In this document: piece after piece, positions 1-10,501 of the stretch
Layout of the letters: each line of letters opens with the position of its first letter
Numbering within the stretch: the stretch's first letter is position 1
NCBI RefSeq assembly: GCF_018350175.1
Contig: NC_058368.1
Location: 88,848,001-88,912,000, forward strand
DNA from: Felis catus
Lineage: Eukaryota
Direction of reading: 5' to 3'
DNA: 64,000 nucleotides
The notes under the pieces: model-generated
Told to the model about the DNA's origin: nothing
The model's input: only the letters and a program-made list of their open reading frames with translations
The model's database searches: none
Made by a program: the position numbers and the translations under genes

Positions 1-3000
1 CAGATTTAAGAAGCAGGCTGGCACTTGTTCTGACCCACATTTTGTCTCCATGCTGCTGGCTCGGTCACATGGGACAAGTTTTCTGTGTGCAGATTGGCTC
101 TGGGAGCCCTTGGGGCTAACAGGAAACACTGTGGCCCTCTCCCACTACTCCATCACCTGGGTTTTGGTGGGCTATTCCCCTGACGTTCAGATTTAAGAAG
201 TAGGCTGGCACGTGTCCTGACCCATGTTTCTTCTTGGTTCTCGTGCCTTGGTCACGTTGGCCAAGTTTTCTTTGTATAGATTGACTCTGGGTGCCCTTGG
301 GGCTAACAGGAACACTAGAGCTTCTACCTAGTGAAGAGCATGGCCCTCTGTCACTACTCCATCACCTGTGTTTTGGACGTCTTTTCCCCTGCTGATCAGA
401 TTTAAGAAGGAGGCTGACACCTGTCCTTACCTACATTTCTTCTTACTGCTGGTGACTGGGTCACGTGGGGAAAGTTTTCTTTGTGCAGATTGGTTCTGGG
501 TGCCCTTGTAGCTAACAGGAACACTAGAGCTTCTACCTGCGGGAACACTGTGGCCCCTGTCCCACTACTCCATCACCTGGATTTTTGATGGCTGGCCCCC
601 TGCTTCTCAGACTAAGGGGGAGCCTGGCATGTGTCCTGACACTCGTTTCTTTTCCATGCTGGTGTTTCCGTCAGGTGTGGCAAGTGTTCTTTGTGCAGAT
701 TAGCTCTGGGTGCCCTTGGGGCTAACAAGAACACTAGAGGTTTTACCTGCGTGAAGAGCATGGCTCTCTCCCACTACTCCATCACCTGGGTTTTGTACAT
801 CTTGCCCCCTGCCCATCAGATTTAAGAAGCAGGCTGGCACGTGTTCTGAACCAAGTTTCTTCTTTGTGCTGGTGGCTGGGTCACGTAGGGAAAGTTTTCT
901 TTGTGCAGACTGTCTCTGGGAGCCCTTGGGGCTGACAGAAAAACTAGAGCTTCTACCTGCGGGAACACTGTGGCCCTCTCCCACTACTCCATCACCTGGG
1001 TTTTGAATGGCTGGTCCCCTGATGGTCAGATTTAAGAAGCAAGCTGGTACGTGTCCTGACATACGTTTCTTCTCAGTTCTTGTGGCTTGGTCACGTGGGC
1101 CAAATTTTCTTTGTGCAGATTTGCTCTGGGTGCCCTTGAGTCTAACAGGAATACTAGAGACGCCACATGAGGGCACAGGGCGACCCTCTTCCACTACTCC
1201 ATCACCTGGATTTTTGATGGCTGGCCCCCTGTGGCTCAGACTTAAGGGGGAGCTTGGCATGTGTCCTGACACTCCTATCTGATGGCTCGGTAATGTGGGC
1301 CAAGTTTTCTTCATTCATATTGGCTGTGGGTGCCCTTGGGGCTAGCAGGAACACTAGAGCTTCTCCTTGAACAAAGAGCGTGGCCCTCTCCCACTACTCC
1401 ATCTCCTGGGTTTTGGACGGCTGGCCCTCTGCCGATCAGATTTAAGAAGCAGGCTGGCACGTGTCCTGACCCATGTTTCTTCTCGGATCTCGTGGCTCAG
1501 TCACATGGGCCAAGTTTTCTTTGTCTAGATTGGCTCTGGGTGCCCTTGAGGCTAACAGGAATACTAGAGACTCCACGTGAGGAATACTGGAGACTCCAGG
1601 CTGGCACAGGGCGACCCTCTCTAACTACTCCATCACCTGGATTTTTGATGGCTGGCCCCCTGCTGCTCAGACTTAAGGGGAAGCCTGGCATGTATCCTGA
1701 CACCCCTATTGTCTCCATGCTGATGGCTCAGTCACATGGGGCAAGTTTTCTTCGTGCAGATTGGCTCTGGGTTCCCTTGAGGCTACAGGAACACTAGAGC
1801 TTCTCCCTGAATGAAAAGCATGGCCCTCTCCTACTACTCCATGAGCTGGGGTTTGGACGGCTCGCCCCCTGGCGATCTGATTTAAGAAGGAGGCTGATAC
1901 CTGTCCTGACCCACGTTTCTTCTTAGTGCTGGTGACTCAGTACCTGGGGAAAGTTTTCTTTGTGCACATTGGTTCTGGGTGCCCTTGCGGCTAACAGGAA
2001 CACCAGCGCTTCTACTTGCATGAAGAAGGTGGCCCTCTCCCACTACTCCATCACCTGGGTTTTGAACGGCTGGCCCTCTGCCGATCAGATATAAGAAGCA
2101 GACTGGCCTGAGTCCTGACCCAAGGTTCTGCTTTGTTCCGTTGGCCCGGTCACGTGGGGCAAGTTTTCTTTGTGCACATTTTCTCTAGGTACCCTTGTGG
2201 CAAACAGGAACACTAGAGCTTCTACCTGCGTGAACAACGTGGCCCTCACCCTCTACTCCATTACCTGGGTTTTGGTCGGCTGGCCCTCTGCTGATCAGAT
2301 TTAAGAAGCAGGCTGGCACATGTCCTGACCCACGTTTCGTCTCCATGCTTGTGGCTCGGTCATATGGGACAAGTTTTCTTCATGTACCATTGTCTCTGAG
2401 TGCCCTTGGGGCTAACAGGAAAACTAGAGCTTCTACCTGGGTGAAGAGCATGGCCCTCTCCCTCTACTCCATCACCTGGGTTTTTGACAGCTAGCCCCCT
2501 GCCCATCAGATTTAAGATGCAGGCTGGTACCTGTCCTGACCCACATTTCGTCTCTGTGCTTGTGGCTCGGTCCTGTGGGACAAGTTTTCTTTGTGCAGTT
2601 TGGCTCTGGTAGCCCTTGTGGCTAACAGGAAAACTAGAGCTTCTACCTGCAGGAACACTGTGGCCCTCTCCCACTTCTCCATCACCTGGGTTTTGGACTG
2701 CTGGTTCCCTGACAATCAATTTAAGAAGCAGGCTGGCATGTGTCCTGACCCATGTTTCTTCTAGGTTCTTGTGGCTCGGTCATGTGGGCCAAGTTTGCTT
2801 TGTGCAGTTTTGCTGTGGGTGCCCTTGAGGCAAACGGGAATACTGGAGACTCCACCTGAAGAAACAGGGTGGCCCTCTCCCACTACTCTATTACCTGGAT
2901 TTTTGATTGCTGGCCCCCTGCTGCTCAGACTTAAGGGGGAGCCTGGCATGTGACCTGACACTCGTTTGTTCTCCGTGCTGGTGGCTCGGTCACGTTGGGC

Positions 3001-5610
3001 AAGTTTTTTTTCGTGCAGATTGTGTCTGGGTGCCCTTGGGGCTAACAAGAACACTAGGTCTTCTCCTGCATGAAGAGCATGGCTCTCTCTCACTACTCCA
3101 TCACCTGCGTTTTGGACGTCTTGCCCCCTGCTGATCAGATTTAAGAAGGAGGCTGACACCTGTCCTTACCTACGTTTCTTCTTAGTGCTGGTGACTCTGT
3201 CATGAGGGGAAAGTTTTCTTTGTGCAGATTGGTTCTGGGTGCCCTTGCAGCTAACAGAAATACTAGAGCTTCTACCTGCGGGAACACTGTGGCCCTCTCC
3301 CACTACTCCATCACCTGGGTTTTGGACGGCTGGCCCTCTGCCGATGAGATTTAAGAAGCAGTCTGGCTCGTGTCTTGACCACATTTCATCTCCGTGCTGG
3401 TGGCTCAGTCACGTTGCACAAGTTTTCTTCATGCAGATTGTCTCTGGGTGCCCTTGGGGCTACCTAGAACTTCTACCTGGGCGAAGAGTGTGGCCTTCTC
3501 ACACTACTCCATCACCTGGGTTTTGGACAGCTAGCACATCAGATTTAAGAAGGATGCTGACACCTGTCCTGACCCACGTTTCTTCTTGGTGCTGGTGGCT
3601 TGGTCACATGAGGCAAGGTTTCTTTGTGCAAATTAGTTCTAGGTGCCCTTGGGGCTAACAGGAACACTAGCACTTCTACCTGAGGGAACACTGTGGCCCT
3701 CTCCCACTACTCAATCACGTGGGTTTTGGACTGCTTGCCCTCTGCTGATCAGATTTAAGCAGCAGGCTGGCACGTGTCCTGACCCACGTTTCTTCTTGGT
3801 TCTCGTGGCTCAGTCACGTGGGCCAATTTTCTTTGTGCAGATTGGATCTAGGTGCCCTTGAGGCTAACAGAAATACTAGAGATTCCACATGAGGGTACAG
3901 GGAGGACTTTTCCCACTACTCCATCACCTGGATTTTTGATCGCTGGTCCCCTGCTCCTCAGACTTAAGGGGGAGCCTGGCATATGTCCTGACCCACCTTC
4001 ATCTCTGTGCTGGTGGCTCGGTCATGTGGTGCAAGTTTTCTCTGTGCAGATTGTCTCTGGGAGCACTTGGGGCTAACAGGGAAGCTAGAGCTTCTACCTG
4101 TGGATACACTGTGGCCCTCTGCCACTACTCCATTACCTGGATATTTGATTGCTGGCCCCTGCTGCTCAGAATTAAGGGGGAGCCTGGCATGTGTCCTGAC
4201 CCATGTTTCATCTCTGTGCTGGTTGCCCGGTCTTGTGGGGAAAGTTTTCTTCGTGCAGATGGCTCTGGGTGCCCTTGGGGCTAACAGGAACACTAGAGCT
4301 TCTACCTGCATGAAGAGCATGACCCTCTCCCACTAGTCCATCACCTGTGTCTTTGATGGCTCTCCCCCTCCAATCAGATTTAAGGGGCAGGCTGGCACAT
4401 GTCCTGATCCATGTTTTGCCTCCGTGCTGGTGGCTCAGTCACGTGGGGCAAGTTTTCTTTGTGCAGATTGGCTCTGGGTGCCCTTGCGGCTCACAGGAAC
4501 ACTAGAGATTCTACCTGAGTGAAGAGTGTGGCCCTCTCCCTCTACTCCATCACCTGGGTTTTGGACAGCTAGCTTCCTGCCCATCAGATTTAAGAAGAAG
4601 GCTGGCACGTGTCCTGACCTACATTTTGTCTCCGTGCTGGTGGCTCGGTCACGTGGTGCAAGTTTTCTTTGTGCAGATTGGCTCTGGGAGCACTTGGGGC
4701 TAACAGGAAAACTAGGGCTTCTACCTGTGGGAACACTGGCCCTCCTCCACTACTCCATCACCTGGGTTTTGGACGGCTGGTCCCCTTATGATCAGATTTA
4801 AGAAGCAGCTGGTACGTGTCCTGACCCACGTTCCTTCCTGGTTCTGGTGGCTCGGTCACATGGGTCAATTTTCTTTGTGCAGATTGTCTCTGGGTGCACT
4901 TGAGGCTAACAGGAATACTAGAGAATCCACGTGAGGGTACAGGGCGGCCCTCTCCCACTACTCCATCACCTGGATTTTTGATGGCGGCCCCCTGCTGCTC
5001 AGACTTAAGGGGGAGCCTGGCTTGTGTCCTGACACTCGTTTCTTCTCCATGCTGGTGTCTCAGTCATGTGGGGCAAGTTTTCTTTCTGTAGTTGAGTGCC
5101 AGGTGTGCTTACAGGTTGGAGGAGCAGCTGAGTCTCCACCTGTGTGAACAGAATGGCCCTCTCCCACTACTCCATCACTTGGGTTTTTTACTGCTGGCCC
5201 CTTGCCGATCAGATTTTAGGAGGCTGGCTCGTGTGCTGACATATGTTTCTTCTCCATGCTGGTGGGTTGGTCATGTGGGGCAAGTGTTCTTTGTGAACAT
5301 GAGTACTGGGTGTGCTTACAGGTATGAGAAGTAGCTGAGTATCCACCCGAGGGAATGGTGTGGCCCTTTTCCACCACTCCATCACCTGGGTTTTTGATGG
5401 TTGGCCCCTTGCTCCTCAGATTAAGGGGGAGGCTGCCTAGTCTCTTGACTTAGTCCTCTTCTCCATGGTGGCATCTCCTCTACATGAGGAAAGTTTTCTC
5501 TGTCGGGATGAGCCCCCGGGGCACTTATGGGTAGTGGGGACTGTGGAGTCTCCACCTGTGGGAACAGTGCAACCCTGCCCCACTGCTCCATTCCCTGGGT
5601 TTTGGCAGGT
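1..5610. repeat. Tandem array of ~210-bp units (at least 26 units plus the gene-embedded founder unit), truncated by the left window edge
   Basis: Anchor CAGA(T/C)TTAAG, or a close variant, recurs at ~1,188,397,608,817,1027,1237,1437,1668,1877,2086,2296,2507,2717,2926,3136,3346,3540,3750,3959,4167,4375,4585,4793,5000,5210,5417 (modal spacing 209-210). Each unit shares CCCACTACTCCATCACCTGG, AAGTTTTCTTTGTGCAGATT and GCTAACAGGAA. Confidence 0.97.
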
Positions 5611-7007
5611 GGTGCCTGGATTCAAGGTGGAACTAGCATTTTGTCCAAATACTGGGACGATATTTGTTCCTCCTACACCAGCAGCCCTGCCATCACCACA
5701 GCGATTCCAGGTTGTCTGACCTAAAGTTGGAGCAGAAATGGTTCTTGGTACCCCGTTCAGTCCTGCCTCAAGGTTGAATGCTCTGGATGCCTGTGAATGA
5801 ATGGGGCCTGGGATGTACACACCACTGCCCATAGGGGCTGCAGTTCCGAAAACACATGTTGGCCTGAAGTACTGTCAGCTAATGGTGAGCCACTATCCCT
5901 GGTGCTGGGCATCCCCGTGGCAACTCCAAAGCCTGTTGTGGTAGATACACCAATGGGCAGAATGCCTGGCTTGTCACTGGAAGCCAGCTGGATACTAAGA
6001 GTGGTAATGGATGCAGAACCTGCAAACCTGCCTTCACTGTGTTGTCTCTGGGTAGCTGGGCTACAAGAGCAGTTGGGTCCATAGCTTGTGTTGAGGCTAC
6101 TGGTGTTCCTAACAGGTGAGAATTGTCAGGCTGCTGCCCATTATGATGCCCAGTTGTGGGCTGAGAGGTGATTCCTGGGTCAGAGTGGTTGAAAACTGAG
6201 GTCTGTCCAATGGATGACTTTTTAGGTAAATGGATAGAGTCATGGGCCACCACAGTGCTGCCACAGGGTGGTGTGTTATCAGAACCAGAAAACACCATGT
6301 TAAGTGGGAATGGTTGTCCCTGGACTCAGGGGAGGAACAGAAGATGGAAGCTTGAGATGGTGATGTAGTGTCCATGGCTTCACTGTTACAGGCTGAGTTG
6401 CAGTTTGCAGAGGGCTTGCCTACTGGAGTGGAGGTGACTCTAGAATCCATAGGAGCAAGCTAGTGGAAACAGCAACACTGGCAAGAAGGGCTGTCTTCTG
6501 ATCTCTAGGTGGGCTGGTGAAAACTGGAGACTTTGCAGGGCACCTCTGCTTCAAACTGCAATGGCCCTGGGGAAATGAAGGAGATCCCATTCCGGATTCT
6601 TGGGGAGATCTGAAAATAACAGCCTTTGAAAGGAGAGTGGTGTCCATGTTGACGACACCAGGACCTGACGTAAGCTTGGAGGTAGATGTAGATGCATTGG
6701 CTGCGATGGTAGAAGCAACTGTCTTAGAACTGATGGGCTGGACAATTGAAACAGGGCTATGTGTGGAAGGATTTGGAAGAGGGGTGGGTAGGATAGGAGG
6801 GGGGGAATCTACACACATAGGCACTGGGGATTCTGTGTCGCAGGAGGGTGGCTGTAAGGAGGGAGGTGTTAGGAAGTGTGGTGATGTCAGAAATAAGATA
6901 TGTTACAGCAGTGACTGGCTGAAGCGGGCCTTCTTTCCTCACAGGAATTCCACAAATGAGATTGGAACTAAGATGAGGAACAAAACCAGCAGGAACAGCT
7001 GGAGAAG

Positions 7008-7228
7008 TTTTTTTTTTTTAAGCTATAATAACCTCTTTATTATTTTTTTTCAATATATGAAATTTATTGTCAAATTGGTTTCCATACAACACCCAGTGCT
7101 CATCCCAAAAGGTGCCCTCCTCAATACCCATCACCCACCCTCCCCTCCCTCCCACCCTCATCAACCTTCAGTTTGTTCTCAGTTTTTAAGAGTCTCTTAT
7201 GCTTTGGCTCTCCCCCACTCTAACGTCT
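7008..7228 (-). mobile_element. 5'-truncated L1 (L1_Fc-like 3' UTR) with double poly(A) and a short 3' transduction, inserted in NPAP1L
   Basis: 7051-7228 is the reverse complement of the L1 3' UTR seen at ~38378-38555. T-runs lie at 7008-7019 and 7043-7050. Flanking direct repeats are TGGAGAAGTTTT (7000-7011) and TGGAGAAGATTT (7230-7241). Confidence 0.9.
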
Positions 7229-8490
7229 GTGGAGAAGATTTAGAAACTATCTGTGCTGTCTCCTGACCAATGTTTGGTGTTAAAGATGGAGGGACAGAGG
7301 GAATTGGGGACTTGGCAGATTGGTCAGCCAAGTCATCAGTAGGAATAGGGACTTGCAAAGTGTGACTCCCCAAAAGCAGAGAGTTAGCAGTCTCTGAGGC
7401 AAGTAGGGATAAAGAAGTGGCAGGCTGAGTGTCTGAGCAGTCTCCTTTGATCTCTCTTTTGTCTTCCAAGATCTTATTCCTCTGACATTTGAATTCTTGA
7501 AGGTGTCCAGGTTTTTGTCAATAGCTATGCAAGGAAACTTAGGAAGTGGGGGCAACTGGCCCTGGCCCCACAACTGGGGCGGTGGCAGTAGGCAAGAATG
7601 TGACATGGATATTTTCCATTTGCAGGGCCTACTGCTGGCAGATACAGGGGAAAAAGAGCTCCTTGATGAGATGCCTGAAGGCTCATTAGCCTGTATCTCC
7701 TTCCTGGATAGGTATGATGTGTCCCCAACAGGCTGATGGTTTTCACCCAACACTTCCTTTGTTGATGTCTCCTGCAGTAAGGGGCAGCATGGGGTTGGGT
7801 CGGAGAGCACTGCTGCATCTGTATCAGGCACGACATTTCCGGCTGGGCCATGTGAGGAGGTGACTACGCAGCCTTCAGGGCAGCAGTTCATCAGAGACTT
7901 CTGGGTGTTCTCCCTCAAACCGTCTTCTGGAGGATTAGGATGGAGGTCCAAAGGTGCAGGGCTGCACTGCAAGGAACTGAGAAGTCTACCAGTCTCCAGG
8001 GGACATTTAAATGGTATGTCCCCAACGTTATGGGGGACCCTGTTCCCACCATTCTGCCTTTTGGTCTCTACAAGATCCTCCATCTTTTTTCGGGGATCTT
8101 CCTAGACCTTCTCTTCCACCCCAGATGGGCACAAAAGTGGGAGGTGCCTGGATGGTACTGGCTCCACAGCCTCCTCTACCTTCTCAGATAGTGAATGTGG
8201 GAGAGTGAATTTGCGCCCCATAGGAGGGATCCTTTTGGCTCTGGAGTGTCCAAACATCATGGAATTATGAGCAGACAGCACAAGTTTTTTCGGAGAGTTA
8301 CTCCAGTTCACCAAGGGAAGGATCCCCAGAGGGGTACATGAGGCCTGCCGGATGGGGTACTGCCTCTTTGGCTGGATGTATAAACTAGCTGGTAAAGGCC
8401 CACGATCCCAGTGGAATAGCCCGCGCCCAAGGCCCAGGGCAAGTGAAGGAGCAGCGGGGTGGTCCTGGCAAGGTGGTGGAACAGCATCAC

Positions 8491-8514
8491 GGGGGGGGGG
8501 GGGGGGGGGGGGGG
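8491..8514. repeat. G24 homopolymer (poly-Pro on the minus strand)
   Basis: 24 consecutive G, read directly. Confidence 0.95.
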
Positions 8515-8739
8515 TGGAGGCAGGGGCCGAACACGGCCAGGCAGGGACGTGGCGGGGGTGGGAAATGAAACTTACAAAGCAGGTTGCCCATATTGGGCTG
8601 GTTGTGCACCAAACCATTGCAAGATGGGAGTAAAAAAGCTGGAGAGCACCTCCTGAGCTTCTGACTCCTCTGGCAGTCAAGCAAGCACTGAGCCTGAGTG
8701 ACTGAGCCAGGCCCTTGTGACCCCTCCCCGGAACATGGC

Positions 8740-8870
8740 GCAAACAGGGGCGTGCATGCGCAGCATGGCAAGTGACTACAGCAAAGGGCAAAGGGTGAGG
8801 CCCCAAAGCCCCGCCCCTTAGCCTCCCACGCCTGGGACTTCCCTCTGGCCACCGGTGGCTGGTATATAGA
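8740..8870 (-). promoter_or_regulatory. Putative promoter elements upstream of the NPAP1L ATG
   Basis: GC box CCCCGCCCC at ~8809-8817, NRF1-like GTGCATGCGCA at ~8752-8762 and TATATA at ~8863-8868, within a locally GC/CpG-rich stretch. Confidence 0.3.
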
Positions 8871-10079
8871 TTTCCGGCTGCCTGTGGCAGTTGTATACAA
8901 GCAGCAGGGCCACTGCGTGGGGACTGTGGGGGAGTGAGGTGGTAATTAATTGGCTTCTGCAGTAATTAGCAACTGTAAGGCAAACACTTTGGAGCTGTTG
9001 TAATTGTCTGCATTAGGAATACACCTCTTGTACAGATCTAATTAGCAATTTAAATAGTTCAGAAATTATATGCCCCTTGCCTTTACACTCCCTGAAGTAC
9101 TGTTCATTAATGGGGGAAAAAATTCCTAGTAAATGTCATTTGCATTGTCTTGTGTTAAGGGCTCTACATCAAAGCCTCCTTTGCTGCCTCATACTGAATA
9201 ATTCTGAGCTGTGGCTTGTGGACCAACACAACTGTAATTAGGGGATGATGCCTTTGTAAACATGTGGTACAAAATCTGACAGGAGTTTGTTTTGCTGTGA
9301 GGTATCTCCTTCATGATTTAAGCTACAAATAATAATAAGAAGAACTATAATAGAGGTAGAGCTAAAATAAGTAAATAAAGATTGAAACAGATATTGACTC
9401 TTTGTGGGCCATTGAAGTGATGGTTGAAAAGTTACATTTGAAAGACTTTTCACAAAGTTTTAGCTCCTCATGTGATTTTAGCAATGAAGTTGATATAGAT
9501 ATGAATGAGTATGACTGGGGGAATGGTCAAAATTATGATCTAAGGATTATGTTGATGGTAAAGTAGCTTTTGATGATATTTGTGGTATATAGTGAGAATT
9601 ACATGTAATACGTCAAGTCCACAATGAAAGCCTAACATACAACTCAGGTGCACTCTATTTCAGAAATGCCTCAGTCAGAACTGACATCCCTGATTACCAA
9701 AATTTTGATTTATGCCATTCACATAGTTAAGTATATAGGTGGGTGTCTTCTGTTGTGGATCACAATTTCCAATGTAAAAACATCAAGCAATAAAATGTCT
9801 GGTGGAGACTCTGGAACTTCAGAAGTTTTTAACTCAGTTAAGAATTCTTAAAAAATTAAAACAATAATTTGGGTAAAAAGAAAAAGAGAAATTTGTTATA
9901 TTGTGGATATTAAATCTGGGAGAGATGGTCAAACACAACAGAAGACCAAATCAATATTCAAACTGATATCAACTGGCTGAGATAAAAAATTAAGACACCA
10001 AAGATGAAACAAGCTTGAACTTGTTTCAAAATGCAAGATGTGAATAAGATCTGAGGATCTTTTTAAAAATATATGATCC

Positions 10080-10285
10080 TAGTAAAAAAAATCTTAGTGT
10101 GACATACCGGATGGAAGACAATGAAGTTTTGAGGTGGATTAATAGAAATATAGTATCCTTAAGAAAGGTGAATAATAGTCCCACTGAATTTTGCATTGCC
10201 TACATTGTACACTACGATTCCACTTGGATGCTGTATTTTAAAATGGACACAAACTAATTGGAAGATGTCAAAGAAGGTTAAGCAG
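10080..10285 (+). mobile_element. Ancient L3/CR1 LINE fragment
   Basis: ATTAATAGAAATATAGTATCC..ATAGTCCCACTG..TTTTAAAATGGACACAAACT resembles the L3/CR1 consensus as recalled. Confidence 0.45.
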
Positions 10286-10287
10286 TT

Positions 10288-10501
10288 GGGGTGCCTGGGT
10301 GGCTCAGTAAGTTAAGCATCTGACTCTTGATTTTGGCTCAGGTCATGATCTCACAGTTTGTGAGTTCGAGCCCTGCACTGGGCTCTACACTGACAGTGCA
10401 GAGCCTGCTTGGGATTCTCTCTCCCCCCTCTCTCTCTGCCCTACTTGCCACCCCACTTGCTCTCTCTTTCTAAATAAATAAATAAGCAAAAAAAAAAAAA
10501 A
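10288..10501 (+). mobile_element. CAN-SINE (SINEC)
   Basis: GGGGTGCCTGGGTGGCTCAG head, GTTCGAGCCC B box, (CT)n region, AATAAA/A tail and an imperfect TSD GGTTAA(G/A)CAG. Confidence 0.93.

Larger units (their letters stand above)
5437..8591 (-). pseudogene. NPAP1L: Intronless NPAP1-like (POM121-family) retrogene, disabled
   Basis: Minus-strand ORF pieces are collinear with human NPAP1 as I recall it: MGNLLCKF (ATG 8591), RDAVPP..RGLF, PLGILPLVNW..FGHSRAKRIPP..FTL, CSPAPL, SSRPCKWKIS..LW..QLPP..KFPC, ILEDK..TQPA, MCVDSPPP, VVNMDTT..KAVIF, PVFG. Lesions: frameshift between the ATG and 8490, TAG at 8102-8104, frameshifts near 7490, 6865, 6450 and 6300, and an L1 insertion at 7008-7228. Terminal TAG at 5437-5439. 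No introns seen. Confidence 0.85.

Noticed and set aside
700..5334. Many short ORFs on both strands of the array as separate genes
   Set aside because: They are translations of the same repeat unit, broken by non-triplet indels (unit lengths 187, 194, 200, 208, 209, 211). Plus-strand ORFs are antisense shadows.
1..5430. CRISPR-like array or prokaryotic repeat system
   Set aside because: Units are homologous along their whole length with no unique spacers, the context is mammalian, and there are no cas genes.
6517..7266. 249-aa plus-strand ORF
   Set aside because: It is antisense to NPAP1L and runs into the antisense L1 3' UTR; the QYMKFIVKLVSIQHPV peptide also appears in ORF 38180-39067.
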